Assembly (NCBI GenBank): GCA_017522795.1
Contig: JAFWXZ010000011.1
Span: forward strand, 7,131-71,130
DNA from: Clostridia bacterium
GTDB taxonomy: Bacteria > Bacillota > Clostridia > Oscillospirales > CAG-272
Direction of reading: 5' to 3'
DNA: 64,000 nucleotides
The position numbers and the translations under genes were made by a program. Positions 1 through 9,638 of this stretch are shown here, piece by piece (positions within the stretch are counted from its first letter, which is position 1; every line of letters starts with the position of its first letter). Under the pieces are notes generated by a model. That model ran no database searches and was not told the DNA's origin. It worked only from the letters and a program-made list of their open reading frames with translations.

Positions 1-329
1 ACAATGGGCGAGAGGATCTTAGCAATGATCTCGGATGAGATACCAAAATTCTCCGTCGCACCCGAAATATAGAACTGCACCATCTCGGTATATGTGGTGG
101 CGTTGAACTCTATGCCGTACTTATCAAGAGTGGGATAGAGCGCGCCATGCATAACCGCGTTTACGTTGCGGATAGAAATATGCTCGAGGAAGTGGGTAAT
201 GCCCTGATGCTTCTCGTACATGCTTCCCGCCCGAAGAAAGAGCGAGATGTAAAAGCCGTGGATAGAGGGATTTTTGTAAGAGTAAATCTCAATGCCGTTT
301 TTGGTTATTCGTTTTTCTTCTCTTTGCAT
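1..329 (-). CDS. M16-family (pitrilysin/insulinase-like) zinc peptidase, N-terminal part only; the gene continues past the left edge of the window
   Basis: Not in the ORF track because no stop lies in the window. My translation from ATG at 327-329 reads MQREEKRITKNGIEIYSYKNPSIHGFYISLFLRAGSMYEKHQGITHFLEHISIRN... It contains the inverted zinc motif HxxEH (HFLEH). An AAGGAGAG Shine-Dalgarno (SD) lies just upstream. Confidence 0.7.
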   Translation of the reverse strand, partial: MQREEKRITKNGIEIYSYKNPSIHGFYISLFLRAGSMYEKHQGITHFLEHISIRNVNAVMHGALYPTLDKYGIEFNATTYTEMVQFYISGATENFGISSEIIAKILSPI

Positions 330-375
330 TTCGCTCTCCTTTCGTGAGGTTATAAATAGGATAATCAGATAGGAT

Positions 376-601
376 AAAAGGTAGGGATTTTTTAGGGATT
401 TTTGCGTTTTATGAAGGAAGGTGTAGAAGGCTACTCCGACTGAATGAAGCGGAAAAAGTACAAAAAATCACACCAAAGCTATGTAAAGCTGATTACGCGA
501 GAAAAAGGTAGGGATTTTTTAGGGATTTTTGCGTTTCGTGAGCGACGGTGTAGTGACCTACTCCAAGCGAACGGAACACAAAAATAACAAAAAATCACAC
601 C
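376..601. repeat. Imperfect tandem duplication (period 127 bp) of the pcrA 3' flank
   Basis: Copy 1 is 376-474 and copy 2 is 503-601. The first 34 nt are identical (AAAAGGTAGGGATTTTTTAGGGATTTTTGCGTTT). Both copies end AAAAAATCACACC. Copy 2 includes the pcrA stop codon. Confidence 0.85.
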
Positions 602-3024
602 TTTTTCAGCTTGGCGAAGGTAGCCATCAGTTTCTTTGTCTGTCCGTTGTCGAAGTTGACTTCGTAAAGCACGTCACCGCCCATATCGCGAGAGGATATT
701 ATCACACCCTCGCCGAACATATCGTGGCGCACACGGGTGCCCGGAGCAAAGCGAATAATGCCGTACTCGGCAGCGCCGCTCTTCTCCCGTTTTTTCTGCG
801 CTATTTCGGTGGGACGGCGAAGCTCGCTGAAATAATTATTGCTCTCGCCATAGGTCTGTCTGCGCTCCAGAGGCTTTGCATAATTATAGCCGGTATATGC
901 GCTGTGCTCCCGCTTTCTCTGCACGTCGTCAAAGACGAGAGATTTAGGCAGCTCGTCCTTTATAAACCGGGAAAGCTGATTATATGTGGTCTTGCCGTAC
1001 ATCATACGGTTACGGGCGTGGGTGATATAGAGCATTTCCTTTGCTCTCGTTATAGCAACGTAGGCAAGACGGCGCTCCTCGCTCATCTCCTCCGCCTCGC
1101 CGATATTCTGTACGGAGGGGAAAATGCCGTCCTCCATACCCGCGATAAAGACTATGGGGAATTCAAGTCCCTTTGCCGCGTGGACGGTCATAAGCACCAC
1201 CGCATCGGCGGTCTCGTCATACTTATCCACATCGGCGATAAGCGAGATCTCCTCAAGAAAGCCTGTAGCGGTAGGCTCAATGCCTGCCGAGGTGCAGCGG
1301 GTTTCATACTCCACTGCCGCGCCGATAAATTCGTTTATATTCTCGATCTTACCCTCGCCCTCAAAGCCCTCGGCCTCCAGCATAGCCTTAAAGCCCGAAG
1401 CCTCGTAGAGCGACGAGATCATCTCGGAGGGGAGAGTTTTCTCCTCCCTCACCTTTTCTATTATTGCCGAGAATGCCATAAGCTTTTCAGCACTTTTAGC
1501 AAGGGCGGTATAATCGCAGGCATTCTTTACCACCTCGTACATAGAGATGCCACACTCGGAGGCGATCTGCTCTATGGCGTCAACGGTGGTCTGACCAATC
1601 TTACGCTTAGGCTCATTGATAATGCGTTTGAGCCTGAGGCTGTCAAAGGGGGAAAGCAGCACCGAGAGGTACGCCATCATATCCTTGACCTCCTTGCGAT
1701 CGTAGAAGCCCATATCGCCTACTACGCGGTAGGGCACACCGCTCTTGGCAAAGCTGGTCTGAAGCGATCTACCAAGGGCGTTGATACGGTAGAGGACGGC
1801 ATAGTCGGAGTACTTTCTGCCGTCGCGCTTAATGCCGTTGTTGATCCTGTCAATGATGTATCTGCCCTCGTCGTTCTGATCCTCTGCCTCGTGGAGAACG
1901 ATCTTCTCTCCCGCGCCCTTATCACACCAGAGCCTCTTTAGGTGTCTACCCGAGTTGTTGTGAATGACCGCGTTGGCAGCATCAAGGATATTGCCCGTGG
2001 AGCGATAGTTCTGCTCCAGCTTGATAACAGTGGCATCAGGATAGGTCTTATCAAAGTTAAGAATATTCTCAATGGTTGCGCCACGGAACTTGTATATAGA
2101 CTGGTCGTCGTCGCCGACTACCATTATGTTTCTGTACTTATCCGAAAGGAGGGTGGTAAGGACGAACTGGGCGTAGTTTGTATCCTGATACTCGTCCACC
2201 AGAACGTATTTAAATTTATTCTGATAGTATTCCCTGACCTCCGCGTCGTTCTCAAGAAGCTCTACCGTCTTCATAATAATATCGTCAAAGTCAACGGCGT
2301 TGTTCTCCATAAGCTTTTTCTGATAGAGCTTATAAATGCTGATTATATCTCTGCTTCTCGGATCACGGCTGATCTCCAGATCATCGGGGTACTTAAGCTC
2401 GTCCTTTGCGATGCTGATTGCGTTTGCAACCGCCTTGACCGCAAGGCGCTTTTCGTCTATCTCAAGCTCCTTCATACAGTGGGTGAGCATACGCTTCTTA
2501 TCGTCGGTATCATAGATGGAGAAGCCGTCGCGGTAGCCAAGCCTGTCGCCATAGCGGCGAAGAATACGCAGACATACCGAGTGGAAGGTGCCCGACCAGA
2601 CCGAGCCTGCAACGCTGTCGTCGTCAAAGGCGCGGAGAAGTCTTTCCCTGATCTCACCCGCCGCCTTATTGGTGAAGGTAATGGCGAGGACCGACCAGGG
2701 CGCAGCGGGGCGCTCGGTGAACTGGGGCAGGATAGCCTCGATCTCCTCGGGTGACATATCTATTGCGCCCTCAAGAATCTCTGCCGCCTCGGGTGAGAGT
2801 CCCTCGGGAGTGCGGTCGGAAAAATAGGCGTTGCCGTACTTTATAAGATATACTATTCTGTTGACCAGCACCGTGGTTTTTCCGCTGCCCGCGCCCGCAA
2901 GCACGAGGAGAGGGCCGTCAACGGTAAAGACCGCGCGGCGCTGCTCGGGATTAAGCCTCGCGCCAAATGCCTTATCAAAAAGGGCGCGCTTGGCATATAA
3001 AAATTTCTGTACTGTTTCTTGCAT
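595..3024 (-). CDS. pcrA: ATP-dependent DNA helicase PcrA/UvrD family
   Basis: ORF 595..3087. Walker A AGAGSGKTTV and SF1 helicase motifs are present (TFHSVCLRIL, VDEYQDTN, QNYRST, VAITRAKE). Start moved to the internal ATG at 3022-3024 (MQETVQKF...). Confidence 0.93.
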   Translation of the reverse strand: MQETVQKFLYAKRALFDKAFGARLNPEQRRAVFTVDGPLLVLAGAGSGKTTVLVNRIVYLIKYGNAYFSDRTPEGLSPEAAEILEGAIDMSPEEIEAILPQFTERPAAPWSVLAITFTNKAAGEIRERLLRAFDDDSVAGSVWSGTFHSVCLRILRRYGDRLGYRDGFSIYDTDDKKRMLTHCMKELEIDEKRLAVKAVANAISIAKDELKYPDDLEISRDPRSRDIISIYKLYQKKLMENNAVDFDDIIMKTVELLENDAEVREYYQNKFKYVLVDEYQDTNYAQFVLTTLLSDKYRNIMVVGDDDQSIYKFRGATIENILNFDKTYPDATVIKLEQNYRSTGNILDAANAVIHNNSGRHLKRLWCDKGAGEKIVLHEAEDQNDEGRYIIDRINNGIKRDGRKYSDYAVLYRINALGRSLQTSFAKSGVPYRVVGDMGFYDRKEVKDMMAYLSVLLSPFDSLRLKRIINEPKRKIGQTTVDAIEQIASECGISMYEVVKNACDYTALAKSAEKLMAFSAIIEKVREEKTLPSEMISSLYEASGFKAMLEAEGFEGEGKIENINEFIGAAVEYETRCTSAGIEPTATGFLEEISLIADVDKYDETADAVVLMTVHAAKGLEFPIVFIAGMEDGIFPSVQNIGEAEEMSEERRLAYVAITRAKEMLYITHARNRMMYGKTTYNQLSRFIKDELPKSLVFDDVQRKREHSAYTGYNYAKPLERRQTYGESNNYFSELRRPTEIAQKKREKSGAAEYGIIRFAPGTRVRHDMFGEGVIISSRDMGGDVLYEVNFDNGQTKKLMATFAKLKKV

Positions 3025-3205
3025 TTTAAGACCGTACTTTCGTTGTTTTAAAAATGTTGGGATTTTATTCGTAATTTTTACGAACACTTTTTATCGACAA
3101 ATTCTGCATTTGCTTTATGCGAGCCTTGGAAAATAAAACAGGCTCATAATCCAAGCAGTGTAAAAAGACGATTTACATCAAAGATGTGACACCCTTTTCA
3201 GCCCG

Positions 3206-3312
3206 TTTTCCACAAGAGTAGATGTTAGAAATGTGGATAACTTTTTGTCGAAAAATGGCTTAAAGCTGTCAATTCTGCCCTGATTTTTTCAATTTTTACA
3301 GGGTTTTCCACA
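3206..3312. promoter_or_regulatory. Cluster of three DnaA-box-like 9-mers upstream of pcrA
   Basis: TTTTCCACA at 3206-3214 (+). TGTGGATAA at 3232-3240, which is a perfect TTATCCACA on the minus strand. TTTTCCACA at 3304-3312 (+). Confidence 0.4.
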
Positions 3313-3477
3313 TTTTTGCAAAATTTTAAAATTTCAAAGCAGATTTTTAACAGAAATTATCCTTTTCCGTTATTTGATAAAAAGTAATGCAGATTAGGGT
3401 AAATTTTGCAGGCTCTTGCAAAAAGAATTGATGCGATAAGTTTATCTGTTTTCTATTCGTAAATAATACGAAGTCTT

Positions 3478-5562
3478 TTATCTTTTCTTACCTTTAACAA
3501 AGGGCTTTACGTCCTTTTGGCTCTTCTTTGCAGAGTTCGTGCGGGGGGTGGGCTTTGCGGACATTCTATCCGCCTCGCGACGAATTCTATCGGCATCCTC
3601 ACCGAAAATTCTGTCGAACTTACTCTTAGTCTTTTTAGCGGATACATAGGAAGAAATACCGCGAGCTCCAGCGGGAGTGGGCTTGCTATTTTTCTTGCCG
3701 CCGCGGGAGGACTTGGTCTGCTTTACGCTCTTCTTTTCGGGGGTGTATCTGCCGCCCGAGAAGGAGGGACGGACAAGGCACTCGGGAGAATTACCGATAA
3801 GGTCCTCTCTGCCCGCCAGCTTCAGAGCCTCGCGGACGAGATTTGCGTTCTCGGGCTTCGAGTACTGAAGAAGGGCGCGCTGAAGCTGCTTTTCGTGATA
3901 ATCGGTGGTCACGTAGACCTTTTTGCCGTTCATGGGATTGATTCCCGTATAATACATAACGGTGGATATTGTTCCGGGGGTGGGATAGAAGTCCTGCACC
4001 TGCTCGGGCATATATCCCCATTTTTTCAGCCAGGTCGCCATCTCGACCGCGTCGGCAAGAGTGGTGCCGGGCTGGCTGGACATAAGGTAGGGCACAAGAT
4101 ACTGCTCAAGCCCTGCCTCGCCACAGAGGGCAAAATACTTTTTCTTGAACTTTTCGTAGACCTCGATAGGAGGCTTGCCCATCATCATAAGAGTATTGTT
4201 GGCGCAATGCTCGGGTGCAACCTTGAGCTGTCCCGAAACGTGATGGGAAACAAGCTGACGGAAGAAGGAATCGTCATTATCGTAGATAAGATAGTCAAAG
4301 CGGATGCCCGATCTGACAAAGACCTTCTTTATACCGGGAAGCGCCTCAATCTCACGAAGCATATGGGCGTACTCCTTATGATCCACCTTCAGATGCTTGC
4401 AGGGGATGGGGGCTAAGCACTTACGGTTCTTGCACACGCCGTCCTTCAGCTGACGGTCGCAGGAGGGATAGCGGAAGTTGGCGGTAGGACCGCCTACATC
4501 GTGGATATAGCCCTTGAAATCGGGGAGCGCGGTGATTTTGCGCGCCTCCTCAATAACGCTTCTCTCGCTTCTCGACCTTACCTCCCTGCCCTGATGGAAT
4601 GCAAGGGCGCAGAAGTTGCAGGCGCCAAAGCAGCCGCGGTTATGGGTAAGAGAGAACTTTACCTCGGTGATAGCAGGAACGCCGCCGAGGGAATCGTAGT
4701 CGGGGTGAAAATCTCTGGCATAGGGGAGCGCGTAGACCGCGTCAAGCTCCTCACGCTCAAGAGGGGGCATAGGGGGATTCTGCACCAGCATCTTATCGCC
4801 GTAATACTCAACGACAGCCTTGCCGACCACGGAATCGGTGTTTTTATACTGAACCGAGAAGGCCTTGGCATATGCCGCCTTATCGGTTTTGAGCGTGTCG
4901 TAATCGCCTACCTCAACGTAGTCGAAGTGGACAGGCTCGCCCACCTTGGCAAGATATACGCAGCCGCGCACGTCGCGGATCTTCTTGATGGGAACGCCCT
5001 TGTCAAGCAGCCGTGCGATACGGCGGAGAATATTCTCGCCCATACCGTAGGTAAGCAGATCTGCACGGGAGTCAACCAGAATGCTGCGGCGCACCCTGTC
5101 CTCCCAATAATCATAGTGGGCAAAGCGGCGAAGCGACGCCTCAAGTCCGCCTATAATGATCGGAATATCACCGTATGCCTCGCGGATGCGGTTGCAATAA
5201 ACTATGGTGGCGCGGTCGGGGCGAAGTCCCATCTTGCCGCCGGGGGAATAATAGTCGTAGGATCGGCGCTTTTTCGACACGGTGTAATGAGCCACCATAG
5301 AGTCGATATTTCCGCCACTGACGAGGAAGCCGAGGCGAGGTCTGCCAAAGCGCTTAAAGTCCTCGGTGCTCTTGTAGTCGGGCTGGGAGAGGATAGCCAC
5401 TCTGAAGCCCTCTGTCTCCAGAACGCGAGAGATTATGGAAACGCCAAAGGACGGGTGGTCCACGTAGGCATCACCCGTCACATATACGAAATCTACCTCC
5501 GACCAGTTTCTGTCCTTTACGTCCTGTATGCTTACAGGAAGAAAATCAAGTCTGCTCTTCAT
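3478..5562 (-). CDS. YgiQ-family (UPF0313) radical SAM protein
   Basis: 694 aa. N-terminal VYVTGDAYVDHPSFG and the radical-SAM cysteine cluster CFGACNFCA are present. The C-terminal tail is long and lysine/arginine-rich. Confidence 0.88.
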   Translation of the reverse strand: MKSRLDFLPVSIQDVKDRNWSEVDFVYVTGDAYVDHPSFGVSIISRVLETEGFRVAILSQPDYKSTEDFKRFGRPRLGFLVSGGNIDSMVAHYTVSKKRRSYDYYSPGGKMGLRPDRATIVYCNRIREAYGDIPIIIGGLEASLRRFAHYDYWEDRVRRSILVDSRADLLTYGMGENILRRIARLLDKGVPIKKIRDVRGCVYLAKVGEPVHFDYVEVGDYDTLKTDKAAYAKAFSVQYKNTDSVVGKAVVEYYGDKMLVQNPPMPPLEREELDAVYALPYARDFHPDYDSLGGVPAITEVKFSLTHNRGCFGACNFCALAFHQGREVRSRSERSVIEEARKITALPDFKGYIHDVGGPTANFRYPSCDRQLKDGVCKNRKCLAPIPCKHLKVDHKEYAHMLREIEALPGIKKVFVRSGIRFDYLIYDNDDSFFRQLVSHHVSGQLKVAPEHCANNTLMMMGKPPIEVYEKFKKKYFALCGEAGLEQYLVPYLMSSQPGTTLADAVEMATWLKKWGYMPEQVQDFYPTPGTISTVMYYTGINPMNGKKVYVTTDYHEKQLQRALLQYSKPENANLVREALKLAGREDLIGNSPECLVRPSFSGGRYTPEKKSVKQTKSSRGGKKNSKPTPAGARGISSYVSAKKTKSKFDRIFGEDADRIRREADRMSAKPTPRTNSAKKSQKDVKPFVKGKKR

Positions 5563-5563
5563 A

Positions 5564-6805
5564 TTAGATAGTAAAGCTGTCGAGATTTACCTCGGACTGC
5601 TCGCCGCTCTCCATATCACGAAGCTGTGCCACACCTGCGTCAACCTCGCTGTCACCGATAATAAGAGTATATCTTGCGCCCTTCTTGTTAGCGTATTTCA
5701 TCTGCGCCTTCAGGCTTCTGCCAACCACGTCGCACTCGGCAAACCTGCCCTCTCTGCGCAGGCGCTCGGTTATCTCAAGTCCCTTTATCATAGCTCTCTG
5801 ACCAAGGGCGGCAATATAAATAAGAGGCTTCTCGCTCTCAATATTGTCAAGACCAAGCTCGCGCATAGCGAGAATAAGACGGGTGATACCCATACCGAAG
5901 CCGATACCGGGCAGCTCGGGACCGCCGAGAGAGGAAACAAGACCATCGTAGCGACCGCCGCCACAAACGGTGGACTGTGCGCCGATGCCCTCGGCAATAA
6001 ACTCGAACACGGTGCCCGTATAGTAATCAAGTCCGCGGACGATAGAGGAGTCCACAACGTAATTAATATTCATAGCGTCAAGAGCGCTCTTTAACATCTC
6101 AAAATTGCTCTCGCAGCTCTCGCAGAGGTGTTCAACAGTCCTGGGCGCACCTGCGGCGAGGGCGTGGCAATCGGGATTCTTGCAATCGAGAAGACGAAGT
6201 GGGTTCTTATCAAGTCTTGTCTTACAGGTATCGCAAAGCGTATCTATGTGAGAGTTGTAGTACTCAACGAGAGCCGCTCTGTACTTGGGACGGCACTCCT
6301 TGCAGCCTATGGAGTTAACGTGAAGCTTTACGTTATTAAGTCCGAGACGAGTGAGCACCGAGTTGGCAAGAGCGATAGCGGTTGCGTCGGATGCGGGGCT
6401 GTGAGAGCCGAACATCTCGGTACCGAACTGGAAGAACTCGCGGCTTCTGCCCGCCTGGGGCTTCTCGTGGCGGAAGCAGGACATAATGTAATAGTACTTG
6501 AGAGGCATGGGATCGGAGCATTTGCCGTTCTCAATAAGCGCTCTTACTACCGATGCGGTACCCTCGGGGCGCAGAGAAATGCTTCTGCCCTCGTCTCTGT
6601 CCGCAAAGGTGTACATCTCCTTCTGCACCACGTCGGTGGTGTCACCAACACCGCGGACGAAAAGCTCGGTGTTCTCAAAGGTGGGGGTGCGTATCTCGCC
6701 GTAGCCGTACTTCTCCGCCTCCTCGCGCATTACCTTCTCAATGTGACGCCAGAGGGGAGTCTCCTCGGGAAGTATATCCATTGTGCCTTTAATTTTCTGA
6801 ATCAT
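5564..6805 (-). CDS. hisS: Histidine--tRNA ligase
   Basis: 413 aa with class II aaRS/HisS signatures (GTMDILPEE, FRHEKPQAGRSREF, GGGRYDGL). Confidence 0.95.
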   Translation of the reverse strand: MIQKIKGTMDILPEETPLWRHIEKVMREEAEKYGYGEIRTPTFENTELFVRGVGDTTDVVQKEMYTFADRDEGRSISLRPEGTASVVRALIENGKCSDPMPLKYYYIMSCFRHEKPQAGRSREFFQFGTEMFGSHSPASDATAIALANSVLTRLGLNNVKLHVNSIGCKECRPKYRAALVEYYNSHIDTLCDTCKTRLDKNPLRLLDCKNPDCHALAAGAPRTVEHLCESCESNFEMLKSALDAMNINYVVDSSIVRGLDYYTGTVFEFIAEGIGAQSTVCGGGRYDGLVSSLGGPELPGIGFGMGITRLILAMRELGLDNIESEKPLIYIAALGQRAMIKGLEITERLRREGRFAECDVVGRSLKAQMKYANKKGARYTLIIGDSEVDAGVAQLRDMESGEQSEVNLDSFTI

Positions 6806-6823
6806 TTTTATATCTCACTTTCT

Positions 6824-7213
6824 TTATTTTTCATCGTTATGGGCTACCGAAAGAAGCATCTCAAGCCTTTCCTCATCGCCCAGCCATTCAAGCATACCGA
6901 TAACAGCCTCAAAGCCCGTTGCCGCGCGGTAGTCGGCAGCCGACGCGTGCCTCGGTCTGTTCAGATGCCCCGAGTTCTGCGCCCGTCTGTAAACGTCACG
7001 CTCATCGTCAAGGAGCAGATGCTCGATCTTACGCATCATTGCCGCCTGTGCCTCAGCGGTCACGTAAGCGAGGGCAGCCTCGTTCAGCTCACCCGATTTG
7101 CATATTCCCCTCTCCACCAGCATACGTCTGACGAACAGGGCGTGGCGCGCGTCGCCAAGATAGGCAAGCGCGGCTGTGGTCGGCAGATCAGCGCCGATTA
7201 CTCCATCGTGCAT
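6824..7213 (-). CDS. mrnC: Mini-ribonuclease 3 (Mini-III)
   Basis: 129 aa. It has the RNase III-like signature LAYLGDA, and size and sequence are typical of Mini-III. It sits 18 nt upstream of hisS on the same strand. Confidence 0.85.
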   Translation of the reverse strand: MHDGVIGADLPTTAALAYLGDARHALFVRRMLVERGICKSGELNEAALAYVTAEAQAAMMRKIEHLLLDDERDVYRRAQNSGHLNRPRHASAADYRAATGFEAVIGMLEWLGDEERLEMLLSVAHNDEK

Positions 7214-7447
7214 ATGAAGCTCCTTTCTGTATAGTGCAGGTCATCCCCCACGGAGATGCGCGCAAATAGTCATTTTTTCACAAATACATTGTAGCACAAA
7301 AGTCACACAAAATCAATAGTAAATAAATATAATATTTTCTCTAAAAATTTTATTTTGCTCTTGCAAAACTAAAAAGCGTATGATATAATTAAATAAACAA
7401 GGTGCAAAATGCATTCTGCCAAGAAAAATCTCCCGCGGAGGCCGAAA

Positions 7448-8137
7448 ATGAGCAGCTTTGACTACGTCAGACAGAATTACATAAATCTGCTTTCTGAGAT
7501 AGACGAGCTTGGTAAAAAGGTCGGTCGAGAGGTCACGCTGGTGGCGGTCACCAAGAGCGGCAGCGACGAGGAGCTTATGGCTCTTGCGGGCGCGGGTGTC
7601 CGCGATATCGGTGAAAACCGACCGGGTGAGCTGAAAAGGCGTGGAGATATGCTTCGTGAGGCGGGATTTACGCCAAGGCTTCACGAAATAGGCAACCTGC
7701 AGAGAAACAAGGTCAGGCTGATCATCGAAAAGGTAGACCTTATACACTCGCTGGACAGTCTTACGCTTGCCGAGGAGATCGAAAAGCAGGCAAAAAGGCT
7801 GGGCAGAACGGTCAAGGTGTTGATCGAGATCAACTCAGGACGAGAGGCACAGAAGGGCGGCGTTATGCCCGAGGAGGCGGAGGATTTCCTTATAGCTCTT
7901 GGAAATTATCCTCATATTGAGGTTTCAGGTCTTATGACCATGGGTCCCGTATGCGAGGATGCCGAGGAGCTGCGCCCCTATTTTAAAGAAACGAAAGATC
8001 TGTTTGACAGATTAAACGAGCGTCACGGATTTACCGACGGTATTCTCTCCATGGGAATGAGCGACAGCTATGCTGTTGCCATCGAGGAGGGCGCGACACT
8101 GGTAAGAGTCGGACGAAAGCTTTTTAAGAGTTTATGA
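7448..8137 (+). CDS. yggS: YggS/YlmE-family pyridoxal-phosphate homeostasis protein
   Basis: PLP-lysine context VAVTKS, plus HEIGNLQRNK and LSMGMSDSY. ATG 7448 is preferred over 7409 because GGAGG lies 6 nt upstream. Confidence 0.87.
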   Translation: MSSFDYVRQNYINLLSEIDELGKKVGREVTLVAVTKSGSDEELMALAGAGVRDIGENRPGELKRRGDMLREAGFTPRLHEIGNLQRNKVRLIIEKVDLIHSLDSLTLAEEIEKQAKRLGRTVKVLIEINSGREAQKGGVMPEEAEDFLIALGNYPHIEVSGLMTMGPVCEDAEELRPYFKETKDLFDRLNERHGFTDGILSMGMSDSYAVAIEEGATLVRVGRKLFKSL

Positions 8138-8156
8138 AAGAAAGGAAGCAAAAAAA

Positions 8157-8567
8157 ATGTTTGAGGATTTCATGAAAAAATTAAGAAAAGGAATCGGATC
8201 GGACGAAGGCACCGATATTCCCGAGTTCCCCACATATGAGGAGGTTACACCCATGAACGTTGAAAGACATGAAGAAATCAGAAAGCCCGCGGCTCCCATC
8301 GTGACGAACGCAGGCGACTCCGAGAGCAATATCGAGCTCAGAGTTGTTCGCCCCAGCTCCTTTGATGAGGTAAGCGAGATCGCAGACTATCTTCTCGATG
8401 GCTGCACCGTAGTGCTTAACATGGAGATGCTCGACAACGTACAGACCGTACGTATGCTCGACTTCCTTAACGGCGTTACTTACTCCAACGACGGAGAGAT
8501 CAAGAACGTTGCTAAGAGCACCTACATCATCACTCCCCACAACGTAGACGTATCTGAGGACGACTGA
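8157..8567 (+). CDS. sepF: Cell division protein SepF
   Basis: 136 aa with a conserved SepF C-domain (VVRPSSFDEVSEIADYLLDGCTVVLNME...GEIKNV...YIITP). It lies in the ylmE-sepF-yggT order typical of Firmicutes. Confidence 0.9.
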   Translation: MFEDFMKKLRKGIGSDEGTDIPEFPTYEEVTPMNVERHEEIRKPAAPIVTNAGDSESNIELRVVRPSSFDEVSEIADYLLDGCTVVLNMEMLDNVQTVRMLDFLNGVTYSNDGEIKNVAKSTYIITPHNVDVSEDD

Positions 8568-8644
8568 TTTTGAATTGTAAGACGGTCGGATAGGATTATC
8601 AAACTGAATCTGTTAGTCCGACTAACTTACGGTTAGGTCTCGGC

Positions 8645-8683
8645 GGGCTGTCGCGATCGGCTTTGCGACAGCCCACGTTTTTT
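8645..8683 (+). terminator. Intrinsic terminator after sepF
   Basis: GGGCTGTCGC (8645-8654) pairs with GCGACAGCCC (8665-8674). It is followed by ACGTTTTTT. Confidence 0.75.
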
Positions 8684-8719
8684 ATCAAAAGAGTTATACT
8701 CGATCAAAAGGAAAGATAA

Positions 8720-8995
8720 GTGCAAGAATTTTTTTATATTATCGCAAAGACCGTATCAATAGCGCTTGAGGTAGTGTCCTTCGCTATGATCATACGGATG
8801 CTCCTGCCTATTTTCATTGATCCGACCGAGAGCCGAATCTACGCTATCACCTGCTTCGTGACCGAGCCGTTTATCGCGCCCGTGCGCGCGATTATGGTGC
8901 GGCTGAATATAGGACAGGACTCGCCTATTGACTGGGCATTTTCAATAACATACATTTTAATATGGCTTCTTAGCGGACTTCTGCCCGCCATTTAA
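8720..8995 (+). CDS. yggT: YggT-family integral membrane protein
   Basis: 91 aa, GTG start with an AAAGGAAAG SD. It has two hydrophobic segments and follows sepF, as ylmG/yggT does in other Firmicutes. Confidence 0.8.
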   Translation: MQEFFYIIAKTVSIALEVVSFAMIIRMLLPIFIDPTESRIYAITCFVTEPFIAPVRAIMVRLNIGQDSPIDWAFSITYILIWLLSGLLPAI

Positions 8996-9029
8996 GCTAT
9001 GCCGACCTGCTCGGCAATCGGAGAGAAAA

Positions 9030-9638
9030 ATGACAATTTTCAAAAAGAAAACGCCGAAGGATTACATCATCTATTCGGCTATCATAGTCGTCGGCATAAT
9101 ACTTGACCAGCTGACGAAATTTTTAACCGTGGAATTTATGACAAAGGGACAGTCCATTCCGCTTATCAAGGGCTTTTTGCATCTTACCTACACCACCAAC
9201 GACGGTATGGCGTTCGGCGCGATGGACGGAGCCGACCAGAGATGGATCTTTATGCTTATCTCCACGCTTATGATAATCGGCTTTACCGTATATCTATATC
9301 TCGGCCACGCTGACAATCTGCTGTACGGCGTGTCTATGTCTATGGTAGTGTCGGGCGGTATCGGCAATATGATCGACCGACTGGGCTTTGGCTTCTACGT
9401 AAATCCCGTGACGGGAAACGGCGAGGTTATCGACTTCATCGACTTCTGCGGCATATGGAACGCGGTGTTCAACGGGGCGGATTCCTTCGTCTGCGTGGGC
9501 GCGGGACTGCTGATGCTGGCTCTGGTGCTTGATATTATCAAGGAGAGCAAGGCAGAAAAGGCAAAAAAGCTTGCCGAGGCAAGCGGTGTGTCTGACGAAG
9601 CTGCCGAAAACACCGAGAGCAAGGAAAACGAGCGATGA
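9030..9638 (+). CDS. lspA: Lipoprotein signal peptidase (signal peptidase II)
   Basis: 202 aa with four TM segments. LspA motifs TNDGMAFG and GGIGNMIDR are present. The C-terminal tail is acidic. Confidence 0.88.
   Translation: MTIFKKKTPKDYIIYSAIIVVGIILDQLTKFLTVEFMTKGQSIPLIKGFLHLTYTTNDGMAFGAMDGADQRWIFMLISTLMIIGFTVYLYLGHADNLLYGVSMSMVVSGGIGNMIDRLGFGFYVNPVTGNGEVIDFIDFCGIWNAVFNGADSFVCVGAGLLMLALVLDIIKESKAEKAKKLAEASGVSDEAAENTESKENER

Noticed and set aside
529-2754. Plus-strand ORFs of 470 aa and 270 aa (529..1941, 1942..2754)
   Set aside because: They are antisense to pcrA, whose helicase motifs are unambiguous. Neither has an SD or recognisable motifs. The same applies to 9395..10429(-) opposite rluD, 15579..16376(-) opposite ribF, 3517..4416/4501..5571(+) opposite ygiQ and 6128..7234(+) opposite hisS/mrnC.
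3140-3470. Chromosomal replication origin (oriC), because of DnaA boxes in an AT-rich spacer
   Set aside because: There are only three boxes, no dnaA/dnaN/rpmH neighbourhood and no obvious DNA-unwinding-element repeats. Flanking genes do not switch strand as expected at an origin. It is kept only as a possible secondary DnaA-box cluster.
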